DNA of 64,000 nucleotides from an uncultured Gammaproteobacteria bacterium (lineage in GTDB: Bacteria; Pseudomonadota; Gammaproteobacteria; Magnimaribacterales; D2472), in NCBI GenBank assembly GCA_964546275.1, contig CAZJJG010000003.1, positions 2,012 to 66,011 of the forward strand, in the 5' to 3' direction. The notes under the pieces are model-generated. The model was not told the origin of the DNA, ran no database searches, and was given only the letters and a program-made list of their open reading frames with translations. Positions 11,514 through 21,425 of this stretch are shown here, in pieces; within the stretch, counting starts at the first letter, position 1; each line of letters begins with the position of its first letter. Both the position numbers and the translations under genes were made by a program.

Positions 11514-12883
11514 TCAAATGAATCGTAAAATCCATCGTTAGAGAAATTTTCAAATCTTGTATATTCTTTTAAGAAAGTTAAATAGCAAGTTCCAATTGGT
11601 CCATTTCTTTGTTTACCAATTATTACTTCTGCTTTGTTTCCTTGATCAGAATCTTCGTTATAAACCTCATCTCTGTATAAAAATAGAATCACATCCGCAT
11701 CCTGCTCAATTGCACCGGAGTCTCTTAAGTCTGACATTATAGGTCTTCTGTTTGGTCTAGAGTCGACTCCTCTATTTAGCTGTGAGAGAGCAATTACCGG
11801 AACTTTTAACTCTCTAGCAAGAGATTTTAAAGATCTAGATATTTCTGATATTTGATTTACCCTATTTTCTGTGGATCCAGGTACTTGCATTAACTGAAGA
11901 TAATCAACAACTATAAGAGATAGACCGTGTTCTTCTGATCTATGAAGTCGTCTAGATTTTGCTAAAAGCTCCATTGGAGAAAGTGTTGAACTATCATCTA
12001 TATACAAAGGTTTGCCTTTAAGCTTTTCACCTTCTTCAAAAATTTGCTTTAACTCATTATCTTTTAACATTCCTGATCTAACTTTCTGCTGATCAATCTT
12101 ACACATCCCCGATAGAAGTCTGGTAGTTAAAGACTCACCAGGCATTTCTAAACTAAAGATTAAAACTGCGCCTTCATTATCATCATTTAAAAGAACATTC
12201 TCAGCTAAATTCATTGCAAAAGCCGTTTTACCCATACTAGGTCTTCCTGCAACAACTATTAAGTCACCATTCTGAACGCCCTGCAGCTTTGTATCTAAAT
12301 CTTTAAAACCAGTGGAATTACCAATTATGTTGCCTTTACCCATTTTAGAGAGCATATGAAGTCTATCCATGGTTTCTGGGATAAGCTCATTCATAGACTG
12401 AAGCGAACTATCATTTAGACTTGCTGATTCATTTAAAGCAAAAATCTTTCTTTCAGCTTCATTTAATAAACTTGTGCCATTTTGGCCTTGAGGATTATTA
12501 ATAAGTTCAGCAATTTCTGAATTAGTTTTCATTAATTGTCTCGTTAATGATCTTTGCTTAATTATTTCTGCGTATGCTTCAATATTTGCAGCAGTAGGAG
12601 TGCTTGTTGCAAGCTCTATTAAATAATTTTTACCGCCAATTTTATTGAGAAAATTTTTACTATCTAATTTTTCTGAGACTGTTAATGGGTCTAAAGGTTT
12701 ATTCTCTTCAATCAATTCGAACATTGATTCATAAATTAACTGATGGTCTTTTCCTTGGAAATCTTCATGATTAATTATTTGGGTGACTGTATCAAATCTC
12801 TCTGTTTCAAGCATTAAGCCGCCTAAAACAGCTCTTTCAGCTTCTCGGGCTTGATCGTTGATATTTTGTGCTAACTCAGACAT
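11510..12883 (-). CDS. dnaB: Replicative DNA helicase
   Basis: EAERAVLGG, AGRPSMGKT, FSLEM, VVDYLQLM, ALSQLNR, DLRDSGAIEQDAD; no intein. Confidence 0.98.
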   Translation of the reverse strand: MSELAQNINDQAREAERAVLGGLMLETERFDTVTQIINHEDFQGKDHQLIYESMFELIEENKPLDPLTVSEKLDSKNFLNKIGGKNYLIELATSTPTAANIEAYAEIIKQRSLTRQLMKTNSEIAELINNPQGQNGTSLLNEAERKIFALNESASLNDSSLQSMNELIPETMDRLHMLSKMGKGNIIGNSTGFKDLDTKLQGVQNGDLIVVAGRPSMGKTAFAMNLAENVLLNDDNEGAVLIFSLEMPGESLTTRLLSGMCKIDQQKVRSGMLKDNELKQIFEEGEKLKGKPLYIDDSSTLSPMELLAKSRRLHRSEEHGLSLIVVDYLQLMQVPGSTENRVNQISEISRSLKSLARELKVPVIALSQLNRGVDSRPNRRPIMSDLRDSGAIEQDADVILFLYRDEVYNEDSDQGNKAEVIIGKQRNGPIGTCYLTFLKEYTRFENFSNDGFYDSFE

Positions 12884-12920
12884 GAAACATGATTTTTACA
12901 TCATATTTTAAATTACACAA

Positions 12921-13367
12921 CTACTCAGGCAATACTTTAACTAAAACTTCTACTGAAATCTCAGGATGAAGTGCTATTAAAACATTATGATCGCCTTGCT
13001 CTTTAATAGGGCCATCTGGTAATTGAACTTCACTTTTATCAATATTAACATCTAGGGCAACAAAAGCATCTGCTATCTCTCTGGTTCCAACTGAACCATA
13101 TAATGCGCCCTCTTCTGTGACTGGAACTCTAATTTCACATGATGCGTCAGCCATTGATTCAGCTCTTCCTTGAGCTTGAGCTAATGCATCAGCAGATGCT
13201 GCAGCAAGCTCACCTTTTCTTGATTCAACTTCAGCAATGTTCTTTTCACTTGCAAAAGCAGCTTTTTTTTGTGGAATTAGAAAATTTCTTGCATAACCAG
13301 ACTTTACATCTACTATGTCTCCAATTTCACCAAGTCTTTGAATTCTATCTAATAATATAATTTTCAT
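12921..13367 (-). CDS. rplI: 50S ribosomal protein L9
   Basis: MKIILLDRIQRLGEIGDIVDVKSGYARNFLIP. Confidence 0.97.
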   Translation of the reverse strand: MKIILLDRIQRLGEIGDIVDVKSGYARNFLIPQKKAAFASEKNIAEVESRKGELAAASADALAQAQGRAESMADASCEIRVPVTEEGALYGSVGTREIADAFVALDVNIDKSEVQLPDGPIKEQGDHNVLIALHPEISVEVLVKVLPE

Positions 13368-13369
13368 GA

Positions 13370-13564
13370 TTATTTGTGCATATCTGTGTAAGGAAGTAAG
13401 GCTAAAAACCTAGCTACCTTGATTGATTTAGTAACTTTTCTTTGATTTGAAGCAGAGATTCCAGTAACTCTAGCTGGAACAATTTTTCCTGTCTCCGTAA
13501 TAAACTGTTTAAGAACATCGATATTCTTATGATCAAAATTTTCAGGTAATTGAAACTTTTTCAT
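13370..13564 (-). CDS. rpsR: 30S ribosomal protein S18 (short N-terminus)
   Basis: [25 protein letters not shown]...[12 protein letters not shown]. Confidence 0.96.
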   Translation of the reverse strand: MKKFQLPENFDHKNIDVLKQFITETGKIVPARVTGISASNQRKVTKSIKVARFLALLPYTDMHK

Positions 13565-13999
13565 TTATGATTCCTCGCTTTTTTTATTAGAATCTTCAGC
13601 AGGAGCCTCATTTGATTCTTCTTTTATAATTTTTCTTGGAGATTCTTCAACAGCCTCTACTCTTCTACTCTTATTTTCTAGAGCTTCAGTTAACAAAATA
13701 GAGTCTTCGCCTGATAACTCTTCAACTGTTAATATCAAATGTCTGATAATGGCTTCATCATATTTAATCTTAGTTTCAATTTCCGCAATGTTCTGAGGAT
13801 TACCCTGCATACGATATAGCAGATAGTGACCTTTATGATGGTTGTTTATAGAGTAAGCTAATTGTCTTCTACCTATGTCTTCTACCTTTTTAACTTCGAA
13901 GGAGTTATCAGATAACAGTTTGTCAAATTTCTTTTGGAAATCGGCTACCTTAGAGGAAAGGTTAGGATTAATTATTAATATTGTTTCGTAATTCTTCAT
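13565..13999 (-). CDS. rpsF: 30S ribosomal protein S6
   Basis: MKNYETILIINP...EDIGRRQLAYSI..HHKGHY; acidic tail. Confidence 0.96.
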   Translation of the reverse strand: MKNYETILIINPNLSSKVADFQKKFDKLLSDNSFEVKKVEDIGRRQLAYSINNHHKGHYLLYRMQGNPQNIAEIETKIKYDEAIIRHLILTVEELSGEDSILLTEALENKSRRVEAVEESPRKIIKEESNEAPAEDSNKKSEES

Positions 14000-14047
14000 A
14001 TTTACCTTTTGGTTAAAGATTTTCTCTTATTTAAGAAAACCAAGGAG
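14000..14047 (-). promoter_or_regulatory. Putative S6:S18-binding leader RNA of rpsF
   Basis: Leader CCUCCUU-GGUUUUCUU(AAAUAA)GAGAAAAUC-UUUAACCAA-AAGGUAAAU-AUG: CCUU can pair with the SD AAGG, enclosing a 9-bp hairpin and a CC-containing loop, as in the described S6:S18 motif. Confidence 0.6.
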
Positions 14048-14052
14048 GGTGC

Positions 14053-14081
14053 ATTCTAATGTATATGTTTTTTACAATCAA
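14053..14081 (-). promoter_or_regulatory. Putative sigma70 promoter of rpsF operon
   Basis: TTGATT (14081-14076, overlapping the ftsA stop), 17-nt spacer, TAGAAT (14058-14053). Confidence 0.6.
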
Positions 14082-15307
14082 TACTCACCTTTAGCCCAAT
14101 TCAAAAATTTTGAAATAAGGCTTTGATTACTTTCAAGGGTGAAATTTTCTTTTTTCTGCATATAGCCATGTGAAACAAGGCCAATTGAAGTTGCATAGAT
14201 AGGATTTTGTAGAATATTCTCCATACCTTGGAATTTATTAGGCACTCCCAATCTCACACTTGTCTGGAAAATTGACTCTGCTAATTCTATAACTCCTTCC
14301 ATTTTAGAAGTTCCACCAGTTAGAACTATCCCTGCAGGAATTTTATCTTCAAAACCATTTCTGCTAATTTCTGCTTTTACTAATTGGCATAATTCGATAT
14401 ACCTTGGCTCTATAAATCCAGCTAAGGTTCTTCTAGCTAACTCCGTTGGGGGTCTTCCGCCTACTCCTCGAACCTCTATAACTTCTTCATCATTAGTAAA
14501 TTCAGGAACAGCACAGCCTTGTCTTTGTTTAATATCTTCTGCTTCTGGTGTCGGAGTTCTTAATGCTACAGCAATATCATTGGTAACCATATCCCCTGCT
14601 ATAGGTATATTTCCAGTAAATCCAATTGATCCAGCTTGAAAGATTGCAATATCTGTAGTTCCACCACCAATATCCACTAAACAAACGCCTAAATCTTTTT
14701 CATCATCAGATAATATTGAGTGCGAACTTGCTAATTGTTCTAAAACATAACCTTCTACTTTAAGACCACAATTTTTTATACATTTTTGAATATTCATGAC
14801 AGCATTGTTGGAGCATGTTACTAGATGAACTCTTGCTTCCAGCCTAACACCTGACATGCCTAAGGGATCTTTAATACAATCCTGATCATCAATAACAAAT
14901 TCTTGAGGAATAACATGCAATACTTTTTGATCCGAGGGTATTGCAATAGCTTGAGCTGATTCAATAACTCTCTCTATGTCAGAAGATGAAACCTCTTTAT
15001 CTTTTATCGCCTCAATACCTTGAGAGTTAAAACTTCTTATGTGATTTCCAGCTATACCCACAAAAACTGATTTAATTTTTTCTTCAATCATTGATTGAGC
15101 TTGTTCTACAGCTTTTTGAATTGCGTCAGTAGTTACATCAATATTAACTACTACACCCTTTTTTAGACCACTAGATGGATATGATCCAAGAGCAATAATC
15201 TCAAGATTATCTTGAGAATCATGTTTGCCAACTATGCATACCACTTTAGAAGTTCCAATATCTAAACCAACAACAATTTCTGCTTCTTTTAAAGAATTAT
15301 TTGCCAT
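14078..15307 (-). CDS. ftsA: Cell division protein FtsA
   Basis: VGLDIGTSKV, GLKKGVVVNI, LVDIGGGTTD, GIVLTGG. Confidence 0.97.
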   Translation of the reverse strand: MANNSLKEAEIVVGLDIGTSKVVCIVGKHDSQDNLEIIALGSYPSSGLKKGVVVNIDVTTDAIQKAVEQAQSMIEEKIKSVFVGIAGNHIRSFNSQGIEAIKDKEVSSSDIERVIESAQAIAIPSDQKVLHVIPQEFVIDDQDCIKDPLGMSGVRLEARVHLVTCSNNAVMNIQKCIKNCGLKVEGYVLEQLASSHSILSDDEKDLGVCLVDIGGGTTDIAIFQAGSIGFTGNIPIAGDMVTNDIAVALRTPTPEAEDIKQRQGCAVPEFTNDEEVIEVRGVGGRPPTELARRTLAGFIEPRYIELCQLVKAEISRNGFEDKIPAGIVLTGGTSKMEGVIELAESIFQTSVRLGVPNKFQGMENILQNPIYATSIGLVSHGYMQKKENFTLESNQSLISKFLNWAKGEY

Positions 15308-15926
15308 AATTTAATGCTACTCCATCTTTATATCTTAAATCTATCATACTCGGAATGGACTTATTTTCGTATATATAATTCATGGTTTGTTCAAATACAT
15401 GTAATCTTTCTGCTGAAATATCTTTGCCAAACTTTATCGTAGTTTTATTTGCTAAAAATAATGTCCACCCTGATGAGTATTTAAAATTAAGCTTTATTAA
15501 CTGTAAATCTTTTAGTGATTCTTTATTTTTAATAGAATCTATTAAATTTCTAGCTTCGTTTAATTGATTGCTCGGACAAAAAACCTGAGCAAGTGAGGTG
15601 TTGGTATTATCAAATTTAAAAGTATTAATATCTGAGTCAACATAATATTTTTCATTCCAAATAAATATTGGATTTTTGGTATCAAGAATTATCTTAATGT
15701 TTCCATTTATTCTAAAATCAATCTTGAAGTCTTTAATCCAGTCTTGCTGTAATAAAGCATTTTTAATATCTTTTCGAGAATGAAGTGATTTTAATTCTGA
15801 GATTAATTCATTTTGAGCTTTATATACAAAGCCATCATTAAAAAAAATTTCTATATCTTTATTTTTACTGCATCCAGAAATAATTATTAAAATACATAAA
15901 AAGTAAAAATATTTAAAATTCAGCAT
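15297..15926 (-). CDS. ftsQ: Cell division protein FtsQ (short, lipobox-like N-terminus)
   Basis: Between ddl and ftsA; POTRA-like LLQQDWIK...P..IW; C-terminal GWTLFL...IKFG...IDLRYKDGVAL. Confidence 0.8.
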   Translation of the reverse strand: MLNFKYFYFLCILIIISGCSKNKDIEIFFNDGFVYKAQNELISELKSLHSRKDIKNALLQQDWIKDFKIDFRINGNIKIILDTKNPIFIWNEKYYVDSDINTFKFDNTNTSLAQVFCPSNQLNEARNLIDSIKNKESLKDLQLIKLNFKYSSGWTLFLANKTTIKFGKDISAERLHVFEQTMNYIYENKSIPSMIDLRYKDGVALNYGK

Positions 15927-16839
15927 CTTTAATTATTGTATTAATTAACTCTTTATAAGAAATGCCATTGAGTTCAGCTGACCTAGGAAGGCAACTATGA
16001 GAAGTCATACCTGGGACAGTATTAATCTCTAAAATATAAAAACTTCCATGGGTATCTTGAAGAATATCAACTCTAGCCCATCCTGAGCAATTAAATGCAT
16101 TAAAGGCTTTTATAGATAAATGAGTAACTATTTCTTTCTCACTCTTATTCAAATTAGCTTCTATTAATTGAGTATCATTTGATAAATATTTGGCATCATA
16201 ATCATAAAAACTATTATTAGTCTTAATCTCAAGAATGGGCAGACATTTATTATTAATAATTGAAACGGTATATTCTTTATATTTAATAGCTTCTTCAAAG
16301 ATAAAAGCTCTGTCTGGATTACTTGCAAGCTGGATTGCATTAATTAGATCATTTTTTGAACTTATCTCAAAAATATCAATGCTTGAGCCATCCTCTTCTG
16401 GCTTTAAAAATAAATCTTTTATCTCTATATTATATTTCTCATGGAATATCTCAAAAGGTGATTGAATATCATCGTGAAGTTTATTTACAGAAAATCCTCT
16501 CGGAGTTGGAAGAGATTCTTTTTCTAAAATATCTTTAAAAGAAGATTTATTCCAGGTATTAGAACACGCTAAATAACCTGAACCAGTATACAAAATATTT
16601 AATTCATCTAATTTTTTTTGTAGCTGACCACTTTCACCCTCATGGCCATGTAATGCAATAAAAACTAAATCATGTTGTTTAAGATGCTCTAAGTCTCTAA
16701 GTTCATTCAAATCTATTAAAAATACTTCATGCCCAAGATCAATTAATGCGTCATATACACGATTGCCACTTTGAAGAGAGACCTCTCTCTCAGATGATGA
16801 GCCTCCATACAAAACTACAATATTTTTTAAATCTGCCAT
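15913..16839 (-). CDS. ddl: D-alanine--D-alanine ligase
   Basis: GGSSSEREVSLQSG, ALHGHEGESG, KPEEDGSS, FYDYDAKY, LEINTVPGMT. Confidence 0.96.
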   Translation of the reverse strand: MADLKNIVVLYGGSSSEREVSLQSGNRVYDALIDLGHEVFLIDLNELRDLEHLKQHDLVFIALHGHEGESGQLQKKLDELNILYTGSGYLACSNTWNKSSFKDILEKESLPTPRGFSVNKLHDDIQSPFEIFHEKYNIEIKDLFLKPEEDGSSIDIFEISSKNDLINAIQLASNPDRAFIFEEAIKYKEYTVSIINNKCLPILEIKTNNSFYDYDAKYLSNDTQLIEANLNKSEKEIVTHLSIKAFNAFNCSGWARVDILQDTHGSFYILEINTVPGMTSHSCLPRSAELNGISYKELINTIIKDAEF

Positions 16840-18218
16840 TTCTTTTTAATAACTTCACAGATTGAAGAGATACTTCCTGCACCTTGCGTGACTAGAATAT
16901 CAAAACTATTGGTAGAATTTTTTATATCACCTAAAATTAATTCTTTTGAAGTGTGGTTAGCGTTTAGATGTCCATTTTGCTTAATACTTTCTAGCAATTT
17001 TCTTGATGATATTCCTTTAATGGGAAGCTCGCTGGCAGGATATATATCAAATAATAATAGAGTATCTGTAGTTGATAGCACTTCAATAAAGTCATTGTAA
17101 AGTTGAGCTGTTCTAGTATATCTATGAGGCTCGAATATCATGCAAATTCTTTTATTTGGAAAAGCTTGATGAATAGCACTTATGGTTGATTTAATTTCTT
17201 CAGGATGATGACCATAATCATCTATAAAAGTTATTTTTTTATTATTAATTACAAGTTTAGATTTTTCAAAACGTCTTGAAACGCCTTTAAAATTTTTAAG
17301 ACCATTTTGAATATATTTAATTGATATGCCTTCTTCAATAGCAGCTGCTATTGATGCTGCTGCATTATAAAGATTATGTTTACCTGGCATTGGAAGGCTA
17401 AATGCATATGTCTTGTCTTGTATATGATCAATGATATTAAAATTTTGAAAATGCTTTTTATAATTTACATTTGTAATTTGATAATTACTCTTAGATGAGA
17501 AGCCAAAAGATATTTGTCTTCTTGGCACTTTTTTAGCAATAGCTCTAACATTTTTATCATCTTTATTGATAATAAGCGCTCCATAAAATGGAATGTTTTC
17601 AGCAAACATTTGAAATGATTTTAAGAGTTTGTCTATGTCATTATCGTAGTGACTAAGATGATCATTATCAATATTTGTGAATACGCCTACATCTGGCTGG
17701 AGATGAAGAAAAGATCCATCACTCTCATCCGCCTCTGCAATTAAATAATTTCCAGTTCCTAATTCTGAATTCTTACCAATACCTAAAACTTTTCCACCTA
17801 CAATATAAGTAGGACTTAATATAGCCTCGCTAAAAATATTTGCGATCATGCTAGTTGTGGTAGTTTTACCATGGCTTCCTGCAACAGCTATGCTTTCATA
17901 TCCTCTCATTAAACTTCCTAGCATTTGAGCTCTAGGGATAATGGTTATGCCTTCTCTTTTTGCTTTTCTATATTCTGGATTTGAACTTCTAATGGCTGAT
18001 GACATTACAAGCAAATCTGCTTTTCCAACATTTTTTTCATCATGCTTATAATAAATTTTTGCACCGAGATCTTTTAAATCTTTCAATTCTTTTGATCGAT
18101 TTAAATCTGAGCCGCTAATCGAGTAACCCTTTCTTACCAATAGATAAGCAATACCAATCATTCCAGAACCACCAATTCCTACAAAATGTATATGTTTTAT
18201 TTTTTTTAATGGTTTCAT
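16827..18218 (-). CDS. murC: UDP-N-acetylmuramate--L-alanine ligase
   Basis: HFVGIGGSGM, AGSHGKTTTT, EADESDGSF, DDYGHHPEE. Confidence 0.97.
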   Translation of the reverse strand: MKPLKKIKHIHFVGIGGSGMIGIAYLLVRKGYSISGSDLNRSKELKDLKDLGAKIYYKHDEKNVGKADLLVMSSAIRSSNPEYRKAKREGITIIPRAQMLGSLMRGYESIAVAGSHGKTTTTSMIANIFSEAILSPTYIVGGKVLGIGKNSELGTGNYLIAEADESDGSFLHLQPDVGVFTNIDNDHLSHYDNDIDKLLKSFQMFAENIPFYGALIINKDDKNVRAIAKKVPRRQISFGFSSKSNYQITNVNYKKHFQNFNIIDHIQDKTYAFSLPMPGKHNLYNAAASIAAAIEEGISIKYIQNGLKNFKGVSRRFEKSKLVINNKKITFIDDYGHHPEEIKSTISAIHQAFPNKRICMIFEPHRYTRTAQLYNDFIEVLSTTDTLLLFDIYPASELPIKGISSRKLLESIKQNGHLNANHTSKELILGDIKNSTNSFDILVTQGAGSISSICEVIKKKWQI

Positions 18219-19261
18219 TACGTGCTCTGATTAAAAATTGATTTAAAAATTATAGTAGTTGCATCTTGGTGATTAAATTTTAAAGTTAATTTTTGCCAGC
18301 TTAAATATTTTTCTTCTTTTATTATGAGTTTTATTTTATCCCTTAGATCCTGTATGCCATCTTTTTGTTCATGTATTACTCCCATGCCTTCTTTTTGAAT
18401 ATATTCTGCATTAAATAGCTGATGATTATCTATAGCATTAGGTAAAGGAATCATTAATAAACCTTTTTTCATTGATACAGTCTCAGATAAGCTTAATGCC
18501 CCTGCTCTTGATATAACAAAATCACACCAATTAATTAATTCTTGAGGGTTATTATAAAATTCTCTGATTTCAATATTACTTGAGCCTTCATAAAGCTTTG
18601 ATACTTCTTCTTTTTTACCCTTGCCACATTGGTGTTTTATTGAAATTGGGTATTTTAAATTTTTTAAAGCGGTTGGGATATTGTCATTAAGATATTTTGC
18701 TCCCTGACTTCCCCCAGTTATATAAATTTTAATATTATTATTTTCATCTGTATGTGATGAAGCTTTAAAAGATTCCCTAATGGGATTTCCTACAATTTCT
18801 GTATTATTTATTATCTTGTCATGTAATGGCATTCCAAGAAAAATTCTTTTAGCAAATTTTGAAGATAATTTATTTGCTGATCCAAGAATTGCATTCTGCT
18901 CATGTACAAATATCGGTTTACTCATAATTGCTGCTGCAATAGTTACTGGAATTGTAATAAATCCTCCAAAAACAATAACGCTATCAATCTTATTCTTGTA
19001 AATAATTCTGAGTAACTTAAAAATATTTATTGGGAGTTGTATAAGAACAAAAATTTTATTAAAAACTCCATTGCCTCTAAAGCCCTGCATATTTATTACC
19101 TGATGCTCAATTCCTGGAACAGTTTGGATAGCATTTTTTTCAATTAAGCTATTAGTACCTAAAAACATAGCTTCATGTCCGTTTTTAATAAACTCTTCTG
19201 CTACTGCTATTGCTGGGTAAATATGCCCTCCTGTCTTGGCTGCTGCAACTAAGATTTTCAT
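18218..19261 (-). CDS. murG: Lipid I N-acetylglucosaminyltransferase
   Basis: TGGHIYPA, HEQNA, GNPIR, GGSQGA, RAGA, HQ..NA. Confidence 0.96.
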   Translation of the reverse strand: MKILVAAAKTGGHIYPAIAVAEEFIKNGHEAMFLGTNSLIEKNAIQTVPGIEHQVINMQGFRGNGVFNKIFVLIQLPINIFKLLRIIYKNKIDSVIVFGGFITIPVTIAAAIMSKPIFVHEQNAILGSANKLSSKFAKRIFLGMPLHDKIINNTEIVGNPIRESFKASSHTDENNNIKIYITGGSQGAKYLNDNIPTALKNLKYPISIKHQCGKGKKEEVSKLYEGSSNIEIREFYNNPQELINWCDFVISRAGALSLSETVSMKKGLLMIPLPNAIDNHQLFNAEYIQKEGMGVIHEQKDGIQDLRDKIKLIIKEEKYLSWQKLTLKFNHQDATTIIFKSIFNQST

Positions 19262-19264
19262 ATT

Positions 19265-20365
19265 TTAATTAAAATTATTTTCATTATTAATTCTTAATAC
19301 TATAGCTATAAAAGACATCATTATTATCATGCTTGTGCCTCCATAGCTTATAAATGGTAATGTTAAACCTTTTGTAGGAAGAAGGCCTATGTTAACTGCT
19401 AAATTGAATAATGCTTGAATGGAAATTAAAAAACCAATTCCAAAAGCAACAAATCCCTGAAAGAATCTCTTTAATGCTAAAGATTGCAATGCAACTGAAA
19501 ATATAGCAAATATCATTATTGAATATAATGATATTAATAAAATAACACCAAAGATACCTAGCTCTTCTACTAAAACAGCAAATATAAAGTCAGTATGGGC
19601 TTCAGGTAAGAAAAGATTCTTTTGAAAACTATTTCCTAACCCTAATCCAAACCAGTTAGCTTGCCCTATACCTATTAATGAATTACTTAATTGCCAACCT
19701 GCTCCAAGCTGAACAGTAAATGGATCCATAAATGACATAACTCTAGTTAATCTAAATGGAGTGAAATAGATTGCAACGAAACCAAGCCCGCCTAACAGAA
19801 GAATCAATAAGCTAAATTGAAAAAATGATATTCCAGCAAAAAATAAAATAGCTACAACAACCGCGCATATAATTGCAGTAGTGCCTAGATCTGGTTGAGA
19901 TAAAATTAAAAATGAAACAATTCCTAAAAGCAGTAATGGTTTAAGGAAGCCCCTGAATGAACTAATTTCTTCCATGCGTCTAACACAATATCCTGATGTG
20001 TATAAAATCATACTAAATTTGCATATTTCTGCTGGCTGGATATTGATTGGTCCAAGTCTAATCCATCTTATGCTCCCATTGACTTCAGTTCCGACTCCTG
20101 GAATAAATAATGCAATTAATAATAAAATACTAATAAGTAGAAACAACCAATCTGTTTTCTCTAATAAACTTGATGGGGTTATTAAAAATATTGTGAATAT
20201 AAATATTCCTATACCGATAAATAAAGCCTGTCTTGTAGCAAAGTGAAATGGATTGCCTGTTAAGTTATCTGCGATATATATACTTGATGATGTCACCATA
20301 ATTAAACCAAGACTAACTAATCCTATTAAGGAGATAATAAGGAAGATGTTATTTTTATAAATCAA
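19265..20365 (-). CDS. ftsW: SEDS peptidoglycan polymerase FtsW
   Basis: NGSIRWI, IQPAEICK, QPDLGT, LPEAHTDFIF, PTKGLTLPFISYGG. Confidence 0.96.
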   Translation of the reverse strand: MIYKNNIFLIISLIGLVSLGLIMVTSSSIYIADNLTGNPFHFATRQALFIGIGIFIFTIFLITPSSLLEKTDWLFLLISILLLIALFIPGVGTEVNGSIRWIRLGPINIQPAEICKFSMILYTSGYCVRRMEEISSFRGFLKPLLLLGIVSFLILSQPDLGTTAIICAVVVAILFFAGISFFQFSLLILLLGGLGFVAIYFTPFRLTRVMSFMDPFTVQLGAGWQLSNSLIGIGQANWFGLGLGNSFQKNLFLPEAHTDFIFAVLVEELGIFGVILLISLYSIMIFAIFSVALQSLALKRFFQGFVAFGIGFLISIQALFNLAVNIGLLPTKGLTLPFISYGGTSMIIMMSFIAIVLRINNENNFN

Positions 20366-21414
20366 TTAAAAAGAATCTCCTTTAATAATTTATTAAAATA
20401 TTCCCCTCTTTCTTCAAAATTTTTAAAATCATTTCCGCTTGGGTAGCCCGGAGAAAATAATATATTTCTAAATTCTTTAGCTTTAGAGATATGAATTAAA
20501 ACTTCTTGTAAATTACTAAAAATATTTTTTTTAGGATGTTTGATACATTTATCAATATCTAAACTATGGGAACCAAAAATAAAAACTTCATCAGGGCCCT
20601 CAATCTTAAAACTACTAAAACCCTCCTTTTCAGGATTGCCACATAGTAATAAGTTGTATTTCTGTAATTTAAAACAATCATTTGCTTTGTCTATAGCATA
20701 TTGTAAAGAGTGCATATTGGTTGATTTAGAATCATTCACCACTGCATCATTAATAAATTCAAATCTAAAAGGCAAATCTTTTAAGCGCATATTTTCTGCC
20801 TGTTTGCCTGTTATCCATTCATATATCTTGTAAGGATTTTCTAGGTTTGAGGATGCTTTTGCTTCTAGTATCTTTTCTTTACAAGATTTGTAATTTTCAA
20901 AATTGCCATGATAATCAAGGTGATCAGGTGCAATATTAAGAAGAATTCCGTAATCAAGTTGTATTTCATGAATTTTATCTAGCTGTTGGCTAGATAATTC
21001 AATAATAGAAAAATCTGCTCCATTATTTAAGCTATCAAGCACTGGATCTCCAATATTTCCTATTAAATTAACTTTATAAGTTTTATTTAATAGCTGAAAG
21101 AGATGAAAACAAGTTGTACTTTTTCTATTAGTGCCAGTAATTCCAATTTTTATAGAAGAATCTTCATTAAAAAAAATATCTATATCTGTCTTGATGCCAG
21201 TTTGTGATAAAGCGTCTAATTTTTTATATTTTTCTTTACTTATTCCTGGGCTGCAATAAATTACATACCAAGCAGCTTCAAGTTCATTTGTAAATTTTTC
21301 TGATATGTATAGCTCTTTATTGTCATCGAATATTTCGTATTCAACATTATTTTTAATAAGGTATCTTTCAATAGATCTTCCAGTTACTCCATAGCCGTAT
21401 ATTAATGACTTCAC
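20362..21414 (-). CDS. murD: MurD-like D-glutamate ligase, shortened and with an atypical P-loop
   Basis: GTG start; SPG, IELSSQQL, PDHLDYH, NDSKSTN, LFSPG; sits between mraY and ftsW; only 350 aa. Confidence 0.85.
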   Translation of the reverse strand: MKSLIYGYGVTGRSIERYLIKNNVEYEIFDDNKELYISEKFTNELEAAWYVIYCSPGISKEKYKKLDALSQTGIKTDIDIFFNEDSSIKIGITGTNRKSTTCFHLFQLLNKTYKVNLIGNIGDPVLDSLNNGADFSIIELSSQQLDKIHEIQLDYGILLNIAPDHLDYHGNFENYKSCKEKILEAKASSNLENPYKIYEWITGKQAENMRLKDLPFRFEFINDAVVNDSKSTNMHSLQYAIDKANDCFKLQKYNLLLCGNPEKEGFSSFKIEGPDEVFIFGSHSLDIDKCIKHPKKNIFSNLQEVLIHISKAKEFRNILFSPGYPSGNDFKNFEERGEYFNKLLKEILFN

Positions 21415-21425
21415 GAAGCAGTTCT

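Noticed and set aside
11510-12883. Intein in DnaB (or RecA)
   Set aside because: Both proteins are of normal length with contiguous motifs in the visible sequence.
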